NCBI GenBank assembly: GCA_025201805.1
Contig: MU619287.1
Coordinates: 60,541 to 124,540 of the forward strand
DNA: 64,000 bases
Source: Parasitella parasitica NRRL 2501
Taxonomy: Eukaryota > Fungi > Mucoromycota
Direction: 5' to 3'
The position numbers and the translations under genes are program-made. The first letter of the stretch is position 1, and each line of letters begins with the position of its first letter. This document shows, in pieces, positions 1 through 13,585 of the stretch. Below the pieces are notes generated by a model, which made no database searches, was not told the origin of the DNA, and was given only the letters and a program-made list of their open reading frames with translations.

Positions 1-427
1 AAATGAATCTATACAAAGCTTTCGAAGTACTACTTGTCAATCTACTTTTCTATCTATTTACCAATTCAATTAATCAACAAACCTGATTGATTTTTTCAAT
101 CGCAATACTGATGTATATCATGCTTTTTTTTTTCTTTTTTGGTAAGAGCACCCATTTTGGCATTGGGTATAACAATAATAGAAAAACAAGATAACATATT
201 CAATTCATTTTTAGACCTGAGCAGAATTATTTCAGCTATTACTTAAAGGCCTTGTTAGCCAAGTAAAAATTGTACAAAAATAAATTTTGACTTTGGCACT
301 TAGATCATAAAGTACTAGAATATGATACAAGTTCTATAAAAGGTTGCTGTTTTCAGGGCTGCGCCCTTAAATTGAACCAAGAAAAAAACTCTTTGAATCT
401 GTTCGGTATAGTTTCACAGTTGTGTTC

Positions 428-675
428 GTGTCCCGTATTCTCTTATGTGTCCCATTTTCATGTTGATGTCCCACTTTCATATTAACGTATTGGTGACCCA
501 TTTTTGTAATCGTGTCCCAACTCAATTTGGAAATGACCAAAATTTATTTTCATTGGCCCAACCTAGTTTCGTCAACAGTAATTATCTATATTTTTTTGTA
601 TTAATGTGAAACCAAAATGTTGAGTTGATAGGGACAGTTATTTTCAATATTTACAACCAGTACGGGTACACTGTA
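428..675. mobile_element. Possible end of a Tc1/mariner-like DNA transposon or MITE with short subterminal repeats
   Basis: GTGTCCC-like motif at 428, 447, 466, 493, 512; inverted copies at 631 and 664; CACTG+TA at 669-675 (TA-CAGTG on the minus strand, a Tc1-like terminus). No matching left terminus found. Confidence 0.3.
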
Positions 676-1106
676 CGTGGTGTACATAATATTGCCGTAC
701 AAGATATAGCCTGTCCTTTGATTACCAGATATAGATATCATTTGATCCTGCCGTGCAGGAATCACCCGAATGCCGGACACTTTTAGGCTGGTTTACTGTG
801 GTTTTGGTCATTAATAGTCGTGCACCATAGAGCTGTTGGGCACTGTATGCTGGAGTTGTTGGTTCCATTGTCTCATCATAGACTAGATCTTGGCTGTAAA
901 ACAACTTTTCCTGCATCTATTAAAGTCATACTGAGAGACAGTATCAATTAACAAAACATCTTTATGTGACAATTTCTTAATATATGCGTTCTTTTTTCCT
1001 AAAATTAATGGCATAATCGTGGTGTGCCAATGATTTTTGTGCCAATAATTTTGGACAAGGAGGTAATAGGAGCCATAATCAACCTTTTTTTTTTTTTTTT
1101 ACTGAC

Positions 1107-1976
1107 ATGACAAAGGTCTTCACAATTGGCATAGGGTAGGTTTAATCAAAACAACACTGTAATATTAGTATTTTGACCTGGGAATAGTGGGCCATCTTGT
1201 TCTGGAAAAACGGTATGCATCATGTATCGATGATTAGCTCTGTTAAATAATTTTTCAATAATATACACACATGATTATAATAGACAGCAACACGCATACT
1301 TTGTCAGATAGTTAAGAGTACAACCATCATATATCAGGATGATTTTTACAAGGTAAACACATAGAAAATACTATATATTCAAGAAATTTACAAAAAAATT
1401 TTTCAATAGGAAGAGAAACTAATTCCCCTCGATCCGAATACCAAGTTAGCTAACTGGGATTGTCCAGAGTCTGTCGATTTCAATTTATTCGCAAAGAATA
1501 TCGAATACGCAAAGATTCACAATGGACAGCTTCCTGAAGGATTTAAATCCACTGAAGTGAGAAATGTGCATGATGGCTCCAGTTTAGTGAGTCAAGAAAC
1601 GTTTATCAAGTTACAGCGAATTCTTGCTCCCTTGTTTGAGAAATATGCTAATGCCACTTTGATATTTGTTGATGGGTTTCTGCTTTATTGGGACGACAAC
1701 GTTTCTCAACAGTTGGATTGCAAAATCAGCTTCAAAGCGTCATATGAAACTCTGAAAACAAGAAGGGGAAGCCGACAAGGATATCATTCTTTAGAAGGCT
1801 ACTGGGTTGATCCACCCGATTATTTTGATAAAATTGTGTGGCCCGAGTATTTAAAGCAAAGTGAACATGGCGAGACAATTGACGATTTATTGGCCATTAA
1901 TACAGACGAATTTGGCATCGATGAAACAGTATTGAAAGTAGCAAAAAAGATTGTGCAAGATTTGATGTGTGAATAA
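1107..1976 (+). CDS. NRK1: Nicotinamide riboside kinase / uridine-kinase-like P-loop kinase (multi-exon)
   Basis: Spliced N-terminus MTKVFTIGIG|GPSCSGKT (Walker A), then IYQDDFYK, NWDCPESVDF, FVDGFLLY and YWVDPPDYFDKIVWPEY, all NRK-family motifs; GT-AG introns. Confidence 0.85.
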
Positions 1977-1991
1977 AGTTTATTTGTGATA

Positions 1992-3542
1992 TTATACATT
2001 AGATTTTGCCAAGATACAATTCAGTCTTTCTATCAATTCAGGATTGGGCTCAACTGTTGAGGCTTCCCATTTGTTTTTCATCTTCAATAAGCGATTTTTT
2101 GATAGTCTCGCAACAGAACATGTTCTTATGCTTAGTTTTTCAGTGGTCTTGCTGACTGTGCTAAGGAAAACAAACGCTTCCAAAGCAGATTTGGTATCAC
2201 CTAAATCAAGAAAAGCAGATACGAGGGTATACATTGTTTTCGAATTCGGCTTTACTTGGATGTCTTTCATGTGTTGATATAATTTGTCTAGTGCGTCTAT
2301 GTTTGCTTTTCTTTCGAGATCCTCCTTGTCATCAAAGTTGGACACATCAACCTCTGCCTCAAATCTGGGCGTTGGGCTCATAAATGAGCTAAATAGTGCA
2401 TTGTATATAGAAATATTTGGCTGCACTTTGACATCTTTCATCGAGTATAACGCAGCAATAGCTTCACTCCGTCTGCCATCGTGTACCATCAAATCAATGT
2501 ATATCCTAAAGCTTTCACCATCTACCACAGGTCCTGCTTTCTTCGGTGACCTCTTTTGTTTCCTTTTCCCATTTTTCAACATTTGCTCAAACAAATCGCA
2601 TGCTCGATCGCTAAACCCGTTACAAGCGTAACCCGCCATTACCACATTCCAAATAGCAGATGTGTCTAATAATTTCTTGGAGCCGTTTGATTTCGCTTCA
2701 TCAAACATTCGATCTATGCCATCTACATCACCCATTTTACCCATAGCGTGTAGCAAGGTCGAATAAGTATAGTGGTCTGGCTGTAGGGCTCTTGAAATCA
2801 TATCGTGGTAGAGTTTTTGAGCGGTTCGTAGGTCCAAGAGCTGTGCTGCAATGTGTATCAATGAATTGAATGTTGACAAATCAGGCTGTATTGCAACTTT
2901 TTCTATCTTTTTGCCAGTTGCTTCGTCTATTATATAAGATTGTTGCATTTCATCCAATAATTGTAATGTGTCTATTAGGTGATGAGGTTGCTTGCGCTTC
3001 ACAGTTTTTCCACCGATCCAATTGATCAAACTGTTGTATTCTGACAGTCGCAAGAAATGCCCTTGCCGCTTCATATCGTCTACCAGGGCGTTCAATCGAT
3101 GCAGGTTCTTTGTAGTTGCTCGGGATCGAATAGTGTATAAGAATAGGGTCTGATAGTTTTTCCGTGTCAGACAGTTTAGATAATCGTTATTGTACAGATA
3201 TGTGTATAAGGGCCATATTTGATCAATGTCTTGTGTGGACAAGGAGCGGTAGAAATCTGCCATTACGATTGCCTTATTTCGACGCATAGCTATGTCTGTG
3301 TCTTGCGCATCCGAAATTACATTGGTGTTCATTTGTGTCAGGATTTTAGTCATGCTGGCCCTATTATTGCTACTTGTGCTGCTGCTGCTGCTGTTGCTGC
3401 TATACGATTGAAATAATGCTAACGGAAATAGAGGGGGCGCCCGGGACAGTAAAGATGGACGCACTTTTCGAGACAGGGTATTGCAGTATATACATTTCGT
3501 TGGACTCGGCACACTATTCAATCGATGCCAGAGCCTTCGCAT
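1992..3542 (-). CDS. Pentatricopeptide-repeat (PPR) protein, probably mitochondrial
   Basis: 516-aa intronless ORF; PPR repeats (PDLSTFNSLI, PDHYTYSTLLHAMGKMG, WNVVMAGYACNG, PNISIYNALF); Arg/Ser-rich presequence-like N-terminus. Confidence 0.88.
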   Translation of the reverse strand: MRRLWHRLNSVPSPTKCIYCNTLSRKVRPSLLSRAPPLFPLALFQSYSSNSSSSSTSSNNRASMTKILTQMNTNVISDAQDTDIAMRRNKAIVMADFYRSLSTQDIDQIWPLYTYLYNNDYLNCLTRKNYQTLFLYTIRSRATTKNLHRLNALVDDMKRQGHFLRLSEYNSLINWIGGKTVKRKQPHHLIDTLQLLDEMQQSYIIDEATGKKIEKVAIQPDLSTFNSLIHIAAQLLDLRTAQKLYHDMISRALQPDHYTYSTLLHAMGKMGDVDGIDRMFDEAKSNGSKKLLDTSAIWNVVMAGYACNGFSDRACDLFEQMLKNGKRKQKRSPKKAGPVVDGESFRIYIDLMVHDGRRSEAIAALYSMKDVKVQPNISIYNALFSSFMSPTPRFEAEVDVSNFDDKEDLERKANIDALDKLYQHMKDIQVKPNSKTMYTLVSAFLDLGDTKSALEAFVFLSTVSKTTEKLSIRTCSVARLSKNRLLKMKNKWEASTVEPNPELIERLNCILAKSNV

Positions 3543-4294
3543 AATTCTCTTTCTTTAATTTAGGGGGGGGGAGGGCTGGACCTTGATTTTTCTTTTGTAA
3601 TTTAGCAGGGAAAAGAAAAGAAAAAGAGATGTGTCAAAACAAATAATTTTTCCAAGATGCTTGACTGGGCTGTACGCTGTTATAATGAAGGGTGGAGAAA
3701 GAAGGAGGGACAACGCTCCTTGCAAGACGTCACGGCAAGTGACTATACAAATGTCATCTCGAGGTTCGTGCTTGTGGAGCATTCAGCCTGTCGCAAAGAG
3801 CTCTTCGACACCAGAAACACTGGCGTTGCCGATAAAATGATCACATCAACTATATTATCTTTGCCGAATGATGTTTCCGAAGCTCCCTCAGAGACCTTGG
3901 TCTTTCAAGTTATGAATTTGGCACTCGCCGATAGCACTTTGACTGATTTCGCAAAATATGATGAAACACACGCCCGTTTTCTCGCCTAGAAAGAGCAGAC
4001 GATCAAACAACGCTTATTCTACAATAACCTTCTTTGATAGATTTTGGCAGATCCGGCTGCAGAGCAATTGATTCATAACCAAACATTAGAAAGGTAACCG
4101 TGATACCTTCGAAACACCACTAGTAGTGCATACAGTATCACAACCGGCAAGGTAATAATCAAATTGTGTTCGTATCTTGAGCTTTGAAAAAAACAGTCGA
4201 TGCATAGTAGAATAGCATATGCATGCAGAAAGAACCTCCGAAAAGTTTTTAAAATCCACCGTGCATCTAAATCATAAAGTTTATTCATTTATTG

Positions 4295-6342
4295 TCAATC
4301 TATGGAAACATCAGGCTTTGTTATAGGAGTAGAATTTCTTGCATTGCCAGAGTTTTGCTGCACAGCAACATCTGGAATGCTGACTGAGGCAACCGCTGTC
4401 GTCGCAGTCGTTGCTGGTGAAAATCGTATCGCTGCCTCTTGTTCTTCACCACTTGGTTGATATGGTTTAATAAGCTCAGCAGTTACATTTTTTGAACCAA
4501 GGTCTGCCACTGGGTACGATTGTACATAAGGGCCTTCGATAGTATCCCAATCAAACGCCATTTGTTCTGCTCCATCCTCGTTAGATGGCTTTTTGTCATT
4601 CTTTCTCTTCTTTATGACAAAGAAAGCAATCAAGCCAACTATCAAAGTGCCCTATTTACGCTATTAAACACGTGCAAAAATATCAATAGAGCAGAATACA
4701 TACTCCAATAGCACCACCAACAGCTCCACCGATAGTCGCTGCATTTCCGTTTTTAGGCTCCGCTATTTCCGTGGGCTGAGCCTCTCCTGTGCTTTTTATG
4801 AATGCGATTGCATGAGGGTCACTCACGTTCAACGTAAGGACTGTGGCATAAGTATCGTACTGGGAATTTTCAGTGGCATAGCCAAAAAGAATATATACAA
4901 TTTTCTTTGCTTCATCCAAAATAGCTAGTTTGTATCATCAATTTGAGTTTGTGTGGAATGTATTTGATGCACAAAATGCATGTACCTGAATGTTCCGCTC
5001 TGGATGTGATACCATGATCAGGCAGGCTAATAGTATTACATGATGTCCAAGCAAAGTTTTCGAGGCTTGCGACAAAGCAAAAATCTTTGGAAGCTGCAAT
5101 TATGAAATGGTAAGCAAACTAGCCTAAAAAAACAGCAACACATAACCTACGGTTTATCTGGTTCATTGTGCCGCCGTATAACAAAACATGTTGACCAGAA
5201 GGTACTATATGACTAGGTTAAAATATACGTTGATACAAAATTGTGTATTTATAGCAATTACTTACAAAGCGTCGTTGTATGGTCTGTTCTTGCTGAGGGG
5301 AATGCACCACCAAACTGCTGTGTGCCCCAAGTGGACGTTACTGTATTAAATACGATTGCTTCGTTTAGAGTCTGATTTTCAGTTCCTTGCGTAACTATCG
5401 CATTATACCAGCCCCCGAAATAGTAAATTGTTTTGCTAGAAGTGTGGTAAACAGAGGATTGGCAATAGTAGTCGGCTGATGGGACATTGCGTTGAGGAAT
5501 CACTCGCCATGGCTTTAAAGATTGTAAACACGAAAGCATAAACATAGAATGAGTACACTATCTTACATTATTTCCGCCATTATTTATATCAAGAGTTGTC
5601 ATTCGATAGTATCCAATTTTTGATCTGGTGAGATCAGTAGTGAAAATAGGATTTGTAATATTCACATTCGTAGTGGTATCCAAGTACCAAGTGTACTTTG
5701 GATAATCTTCTACACCGCCATAAAAGAAAAATTTGGATAGATCTGGAACATACGTTGATGTTGCTAAAAAGCTAATAGACAAAAAAAAAAAAAAAAATCA
5801 GGTCTTGGGCCATACTCCAAGTGAGAGTTCAAGCTTACATTTGTCTCGTTTGTCCATTAGGGCTATCATCAAAATCAGCAAGCGATTTCCATGCGTTTGT
5901 CTCTATATTGTATACTAAATGCTGAGGCGAAGAACTGGTGTTGGACTCTGGCATTCCTCCACTGAGAAGCAGGTTTTTCCCATCGCTAAAAGGTACAAAT
6001 TGAGGCTTGATTCTAGGTTGGTACGTGGCAAGATTCGAGTTAGTTGCATTTGTGATTTCTTGCCATTTTGTTGCCAAATCTTCGGTAACGCTTGCTATGT
6101 CCAGAGTCAAAAGAGATGTATCGACACCTGATTGCAGGGAACCGCCAAAACAGTAGATTTTTCCGCTTAATAATGTGCAGCCTATATTATATAAAATGTA
6201 CACTCAGGAAAAGTTTAATATGTGATCTAGATATAAACATACGTGTTCCTTTTCTTGGAGTAGGTGTTATGTATGACTGAGCATAAGCTGATGAAATAGC
6301 AAAAGCAAAAGATGTTGCAACTGAACAGAAAAGAAAGCGCAT
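4295..6342 (-). CDS. Kelch/galactose-oxidase-like beta-propeller type I membrane protein (multi-exon)
   Basis: Signal peptide MRFLFCSVATSFAFAISSAYA; Kelch blades (KIYCFGG, LLLSGG, FFFYGG, IYYFGG, RTDHTTT, YILFG); TM segment IGGAVGGAIG..MIVGLIAFFVI followed by KKRK. Confidence 0.8.
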
Positions 6343-9300
6343 TTCTTTGTCGTTGGGCAAAGTAGAGTAAGGGAGCACTATTTATACTTTTTTCGAGTTG
6401 GCTTTTTAGGGAAAAAAAAAATCAAAGTTCTACAGTGCAATCCAAGGCACCATGCAATCGCTTGTATGCTCTCAAATGAATTATTGATAACAATCTACAG
6501 GATCGATGTGCCATAAGATCCACTCTGAAAACTTTGATATAAGCATCCCAAACTATAATGTATCCTGTGAATTGTACGCTGTTATTTGCCCTTAAAATTT
6601 GAGCCATATTTAGAAGCTTTTACGCAGCCCCAAGACACTTCTCCTTTTACTGCAAGATATATTTACAGTTAGAGCAAAGCCAACACCCAGTGGTGACACA
6701 AAACCTTAAATATCTGAAGGTTGCCCAATGGTCAACTACTTCCCAGCATTCTCAATAAAGCACATCCATTGATACACTTTCTTGCTATGTTAAATTTCCC
6801 TCTTTATTGCTTTTCATTTGTACTAAAATCTGTAATAAAGGTCTTTCTGAGACTGTCTTCTATATTACTGACTAAGAGATGATTTAAAGGAGCGTAAGAC
6901 ATTTGGTGTTTTCTTGTACATATGCCATCTAATTCAATATTAGTCTTGTTTTCTCTTTGACTAAAAATATCTAAAATGTGCTGTCAGAGCCTTTGTATTT
7001 TTGAGAGAAAGTTAATTTCCTTCAGACTCTTAGCCTCTGCTATGCGTCCTTTAAACTTTGTTGCCGTCGATCAAGATTTTATAACTTTACAAAGAACAGA
7101 GTAATTACAATAAGCCCTAAGAAAGGTAATAAGCTCCTACTAATACTATCTCACAGTTTAATAATATTGAGAACTTTTATGAAATAAATCATTGCTACAG
7201 TAAGGATTTTCATTTTTTCGTATGTGCTATTGTTTGTCACGACTTGGATGTATAATCCGCTATCAACTAAACGAATTAACAAGCCTAATGGTGCGGGCAA
7301 AGATGAGAGATTTGAATATTATTGCTGCTGTCTGGGAGGGAGGACCTGCACAAGGGAAGGTCCATTTTGGTCATTTAAAAACAGTGTGACAAACAAGATA
7401 ACAGGAATACAGCGAAATGAACACAATCCAACGAAAAATTTTTAATTCCATTCGACGTTCAATCAAATGCATCCCATTTTTAAAATCTAATCAAGAATAT
7501 ATCAATATTAAAAAATAAAATAAACGATCATGTACAATAGTGGCCTTAAATCCAAAAAAGGAAACAGAAATTCTATTAGTTGGTTGTAGATGACAATGAT
7601 AAACGCCTTATTGGCCAAAAAAAAAAGCAATGTTTAGCATTGGTGGATGGGAACATGGTGGTTGACTTACCTATACAGTATTATCCCCCCCCCCCAACGG
7701 TGAGCGTGCCTGTCGCGCGTTTTTTGTTCAAAAAGAAGCGGGCTGATTGTGAAACTTGGTAGCTTTTACAATTGTTTGTTTTGGATCAAAGCAAGGAAAG
7801 GTGATACAAAGAGAAGCTGAGCGGTGCCAACAAGGCCAATGGCCATGGCCAACACTTGATCTCTACTCAGCACCCTATAATATAGAAAAAAGCCATTAGC
7901 AGTCTTAGTGATGCCTCACGATGAGGTATAAGGAAGGGAGAGTTTTCGAAAGCACTAAAGGTAAGTTTGTGGGCTGTTATGCTCGTTGGTGATGACTACA
8001 GGCGTAAATCTAGAGTGCCGCTTTTTTTTTTTTCCAAAAGACACCCTTCCTCTGCTGACACCTGATAGGGAGCGGAGGGTGGTGGTGGAGGAAGATGATT
8101 AACGGACCAAGGTTGCTATAAGAAAACATATTAACATGGAAACAGGAAAGATTTCTCAGTTACTCCTTCTTGTTGTCACCGGTACGTCGCTCACATCTAG
8201 TCGTGAAAGTTCATTAAATTTTATCGGTAAAATGCTGATTATAGTGAAAACAACTTGAGATGTTGTTTTCGCAAGATACCAACTCCTTTTAGATGAAACC
8301 TGAGGTGTTTGGTCAAATTGTTCTTTTATGTAGTTTTTTGTTCGATAAAAATGCACAATTAAATGGATTTGAAGGAAAAGGATCCTTATTGCAAATACAG
8401 GGCATATGATAGTACTATAACCTATTGGTGGTGGTATGATTTAAATTATGCGTGGATAAATTTGTAGCTCGCGTACCAAACCATAATATGGCGCCAACGG
8501 TTTCAATGCAGTACAACAATCTTACAGACTTTAACTACCATCCAAATAAAACAAATTTGAGCATTGAATGTATCCAGGTATATAAACAGCAACTATGCCC
8601 CAATTGAATATGCTTCTTGAACTCACAAAAAAAAATTTTTTTTGCAACAATGCTGGATATTTTTCCTATGTTTGATTCATCGGGAAAATAGTTTCTGTCA
8701 AACGGCTTGTTTGTCTGTGTTGTCAATACTCAGAGAAAATATGCACAATGCACAAAGAAATCAAAGCACTAGCATTTGCATCTTTTTGAAATCGTAAAGT
8801 GTGCATTGTAATAACGATTGCGTGCTTACAATAACAGAACGTGTTTAGAGCGATCGTTTCTTGTCGGATGCTCTATTATATAAGAATGAATTTGGTCATA
8901 CCTGTAACACTGCCGATGTGAGCTTCTCGGTGATAACAAAATTCAATATAAACTTGCTTGCTATTCTGGATTCGTTAATGGTCATTCGCGTTTTAAGACT
9001 TCAAATACAAATGAAAGAAATACAAGCAAATATAAAGTATATGTCAAAAATAGATATATTAGCTTGACATTCGATCAACATTGGATTCATTCTCAAGTAC
9101 TTGATTAGATGAAAATGTTGGGAGGTATAATACATGCTATAATATAAATAAAATCCCGTCAATTTTAACCGGATGATTGCTATCTGTAGTGTGTAATAAT
9201 AGTTTGGAAGTTGTCGGCTAAACTTTGTCACTGTAGAAATCTATCTTCCAACAAATTGAACAATCTAATATGAATATCGCCGTCATATCCATATATCTTA

Positions 9301-9841
9301 GTTTGGATGGGCAAGTAAACCAAAAATAGAGGATGCTATATCTCGAGCTGCTGGCAATCTCGATTATATACACGGGCTTTGGCACAGCCTAAAAAGTTGC
9401 CAGCAATCATCAAGTACCATTCGAGCGAGCATTGTATGTATATATGGTTCACCAATATATAGTATCAATCAAGTCTTACCAGGTACTGATGTGTCTAAAA
9501 ATTAATTTTGATTTGCCTAAAAAAAAACTGTAATTCAATTCTGTATGGTGATATTTATAAGAAACACAAACACGCAATGGCAATCAAGCTATTTCAACCG
9601 TATTATTTGAGCCTGTCTTCATATCCAATTGAATGGAAAAAAGGAAAAAAAGTTATTAACATTTGACACGAATAAAACATCGGATCCTAACATATCTTAC
9701 CGGGTAACTAAAATCGAAACTGGTTCAAGTTTATTTTTAGATGATGGTGCCTTCATCACTTTTATCACTCAGTTCTTTCAATGCTATAAATACAGGAGAA
9801 TCAGCTTTGATTATAACATAGGAATAATTATCTTTATAGCT

Positions 9842-11198
9842 ATGAAAATCTCAATTATTAGTGCTGCTCTTTTAGTCACGGCTGGTCAATGGGTATTTGC
9901 ATTGCCTACAACGCAAACCGCAAACGTCGCTGTTGTTGGTAGTGGTTCAGACATTGCCAATGTCACTACTGTTGATAATGATTCAGGTGTTACAGATGCC
10001 ACTGTCGTGGGCAGTGACCCTGATGCTGCTAATGCAACTGCTCCCACCCCTTCTCTTAACGGATGGGCTCCTCAATTCTCTCCAGTCTTTCCCAACCTGA
10101 ACGTATCCAAAGACGCTCTTTCTGAATTCAATAATGGAACCTTAAATCTCAATGCTTCGTTATCAAGAGATACGTTAGACACCAAGAAGTATCCTGAAGC
10201 ATGGAAAAGCCCTGATCCTAAGCATCCTGAAGTCCAAGCAGCAATCAAGCAGATCAAGTGGGATTTTGTCCCCAAGTACAATGTTCACAAAGTCAAGAAT
10301 TATGATCTCGTATTTGATGGCTACGATGAAGATGCTGATAGCGATTGCTGGTGGTCTGCCAGTATGTGCACAAAGCCCAAAGTCAAGTATCTACCTCCCG
10401 ATTTATACACTTGCCCTACTAAAGGTGACTGGGGCCTTTCTTACGATGATGGGCCATTCAATCTTCTTGACAAAGACGACGACGATGCCGAGACTGAAAA
10501 TCTTTACGCTGAACCTGCCTTATACAATTATTTGGCCAAAGAAGATTTGAAGGCTACACTATTTTACATTGGTTCAAATGTCATGACATATCCAGCTGCC
10601 GCTAGACGTGCTCTCTCTGATGGCCATACTCTCTGTTCTCACACATGGTCTCATCCTCCCATGACAACTCAAACCAACGAGCAAGCCGTTGCTGAGCTCT
10701 ATTGGACTCTCAAGGCCATCAAGGAGGCTACTGGTATTACACCTAAATGTTGGAGACCTCCTCAAGGTGATGTTGATGACCGTATTCGTGCGATTGCTCA
10801 CCAAATGGGCATGAGAACTGTGCTTTGGGACCATGATACTGTAAGTTTTCTCTTGTGAACTTATCTCTCTTTTCATTAACTCTTTTTTCCTTTTGAAATA
10901 GAATGACTGGGCTATGCCTGCTCCTGGTGGTGGTGACCTAAAACCCAAGATCGTAGATGGTTACTTCAAGAAATGGACCGAGACAGAAAAAGAGGGGAAG
11001 GAAGAACACGGTGTTTTGGTGCTTGAGCATGAATTGAATCATGCCACCGTGAATATGACTATGAAGTGGTTGCCTACTGTCAAGGAGACTTTCAATGTTG
11101 TATCTGCCATGTCTTGTAACAATGTGCTTCAACCATATTGGGAGGATGGGTTCAAGTATCCTGCTATTCACAACACAACTAATTCTACTTTTGCTTGA
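9842..11198 (+). CDS. CDA: Secreted chitin deacetylase (CE4/NodB polysaccharide deacetylase)
   Basis: Signal peptide MKISIISAALLV; CE4 motifs SYDDGP, HTWSH, WRPPQG, D-T|N-DW, LEHE; one intron 10841-10901. Confidence 0.92.
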
Positions 11199-12310
11199 TT
11201 ATGACCTGTACATACATATTTGAGTTTCATTTCGGCATAAATTATAATAAAAAAATAACATGCATATTTTAAAGCAGTAATCATGAACGACGTGTATATA
11301 AAGAAAATAGCTTACCTATTAGACAATGTTTGTTGAGTCTCATAGAAAAAATAGCGTGCTTATAAAATGTGATTTTTTGATTGAATATTGTGATCTATCT
11401 TAGTTAGGGGGAGATACATATACAAAAGTTAAAAACGAGAGAGAGAGGGAGGAGTATGGATATGATTATGGCATTGTACAGTAGATTACTAATAAAATAA
11501 TGGTTGAGAGAAAAAAATATCTTACCTTTCAGTGATTACACAAACGCTTGCACAAGTGTAGCATAACGTTTATGCGTCAAGGCAGAAATTCTATTTTTAA
11601 TCCACTTTTTTGTCGTTTTCGGGTATTATATAATGGCTGTGTAATGTTTCACATACAACACTCTTCCGATAATTATAGATTAAACGTTGGTGGTCATACA
11701 ATGAATCAGCTTCAATCATGGCTATTGATAATTATGTAGCCGATTACTGAACACGACTGAAACATATTCATCTGGTTGTATCAATGTCATACGTTGATGC
11801 ATGTATTTATAGAAATATTCGTTTATAAATAAAAAGGCAATGCATATATTTCGATGGACAGCATACATGATGCCATTCATTAATTTACCAGCAAACGCAT
11901 GATTTGGCAGCGATTTAAAGGGTCCCTGACCTGGAAATTCTAGCTTTCTGAAGCCTATATTCAGGGCCAAACCATCCTTCCATTCAGAAGGAAGACTTTG
12001 GCTCTTAAACATGACCTTGATCTGGAGAGTGTCTATCCCTGCATCTATGCTTCAAAAGCTATCAACAGATCAGAAGCATAGATTATGATCTCGACAATTG
12101 ATTTTATCCCGGGTATCGCAATGAGATAAAGGAGACTCATGAAGTTAACGAAATGGTCAAGCATATAGGATTTATTAGATAAAAGATATGGCATACAATG
12201 AATATTTATACATAAAAATAGCATGTTATAACAAGGATGGGGCATAAAAAAGAAGGGATTATATATTTGAAAAAAAATATGTATATTGATAAAGAGAAAT
12301 GTATGATGTG

Positions 12311-13585
12311 TTAAGGGTTACCGCTACCACCACTGCCACTGGCATTACAACGCTTCGTCACTGATGATTTGCGACGTCGATTCTTTAAATTTAACAATAG
12401 CACACCTGTGGTTGGGTATGTGTTTGGAGGTGGGATAGGTTCTGGTGACAACTTCCGTTTTGTATTTTGATATGGAGATGAGGCTCTACGTAATTTAGCC
12501 CGAAGTGCTTCCATTACCTTGTCATGGTCTAATGGTTGTGTGGGAGGAACAGTTGTTGGAAGAGAAAGAGGTGGTTTGTTGTTTATATCCAAATCATCTA
12601 GGCTCATTACACTTTCATAAGACAGAGTTCTATGGATATTGGCCGATCTTAAAGATTTGGTTTTATTTTGTTGCTGTAGCTGGCAAGGATTCAGTAGTAT
12701 TGGGCTATGGCTTTTTGATTTTGTGTGCTTCATCCTATTGCCAGTGTTATTACTAAATGGTAGATCAGATGGAATAACTGGAGTAGCTTTCAGCGTTGCA
12801 ATGGTATTTAAAGAGGGATAGAGTGGTAGATCGTCCATATCAGGAGAGCAAGATATTGATTGCTGATGATGACACATGTCAAATGCAGACGGTGAAAGTA
12901 CATCTATAGAAGGTGAGGAGGAAGTGATGCTTGCAGTTTCTTGATTTTGTATAAACGGATATTCAGATATGAATGTGCCAGGTAGTGGACACGCGTCCAG
13001 CCTTGCCTGCAAGGGATTCGATTGATGTGAAGTTGAAACCTGATATGATTGACGATCTAACGACGGATTAAAGTAGGAATGCTCAAAAGCGAAGGCATCG
13101 TACTGTTGATGGTGAATCAAAAAATCATCTGTGCACAATAATTCAGTCATTTACTGACAATATACACACATGGAAAACCCCAAAAACTTACCAAATGATT
13201 GTCTAATGTCATTGCTAGTGTTGTTGTTGCTACTGCCCTCTTGACGTTGGTTCATTTCATATTCAATAAATTTCGACTGCAAGCGAGCTTCCTCTGCTTG
13301 ACGCCATTCTTCAGCAGTTTTTCTCTGTTTTAAAAATGGAAATCAGTATCTTGTCAATAATGTATAAACGCAGTGATGCCGTACCTTGTCTTCTTCTGCT
13401 TTAGCTGCCAAAATGCGGTCTAGCAATTGTGAATTATCTTGATATTTTAGTAGCAGTTCACCGACAGAAATGTCACTTGGATTGCTTGTCTGGATCGTAT
13501 CTTGGTACAATGGCTGATAGTGTTCGTCCGTAGTAATGCTAGAATGAGTTGGATTACAAACATCATTTGGCTGTTTCGGAGGCAT
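12311..13585 (-). CDS. Hypothetical low-complexity protein, 3 exons
   Basis: Exons join in frame via GT-AG introns (AKAEEDK|RKTAEEW...QSF|DDFLIHH); coiled-coil motif plus Ser/Pro-rich body and basic C-terminus. Confidence 0.7.

Noticed and set aside
3657-4260. Possible small + strand gene between the PPR and Kelch genes
   Set aside because: Multiple stops, no consistent splice model and no recognisable motif.
11722-12245. Short minus-strand ORFs downstream of the orphan gene
   Set aside because: No coherent exon chain or motif; probably UTR or intergenic.
13140-13155. Apparent stop/start overlap (TAAATGA) suggesting two coupled ORFs
   Set aside because: A downstream CAG acceptor joins exon 2 in frame to the long ORF, so it is one spliced gene.
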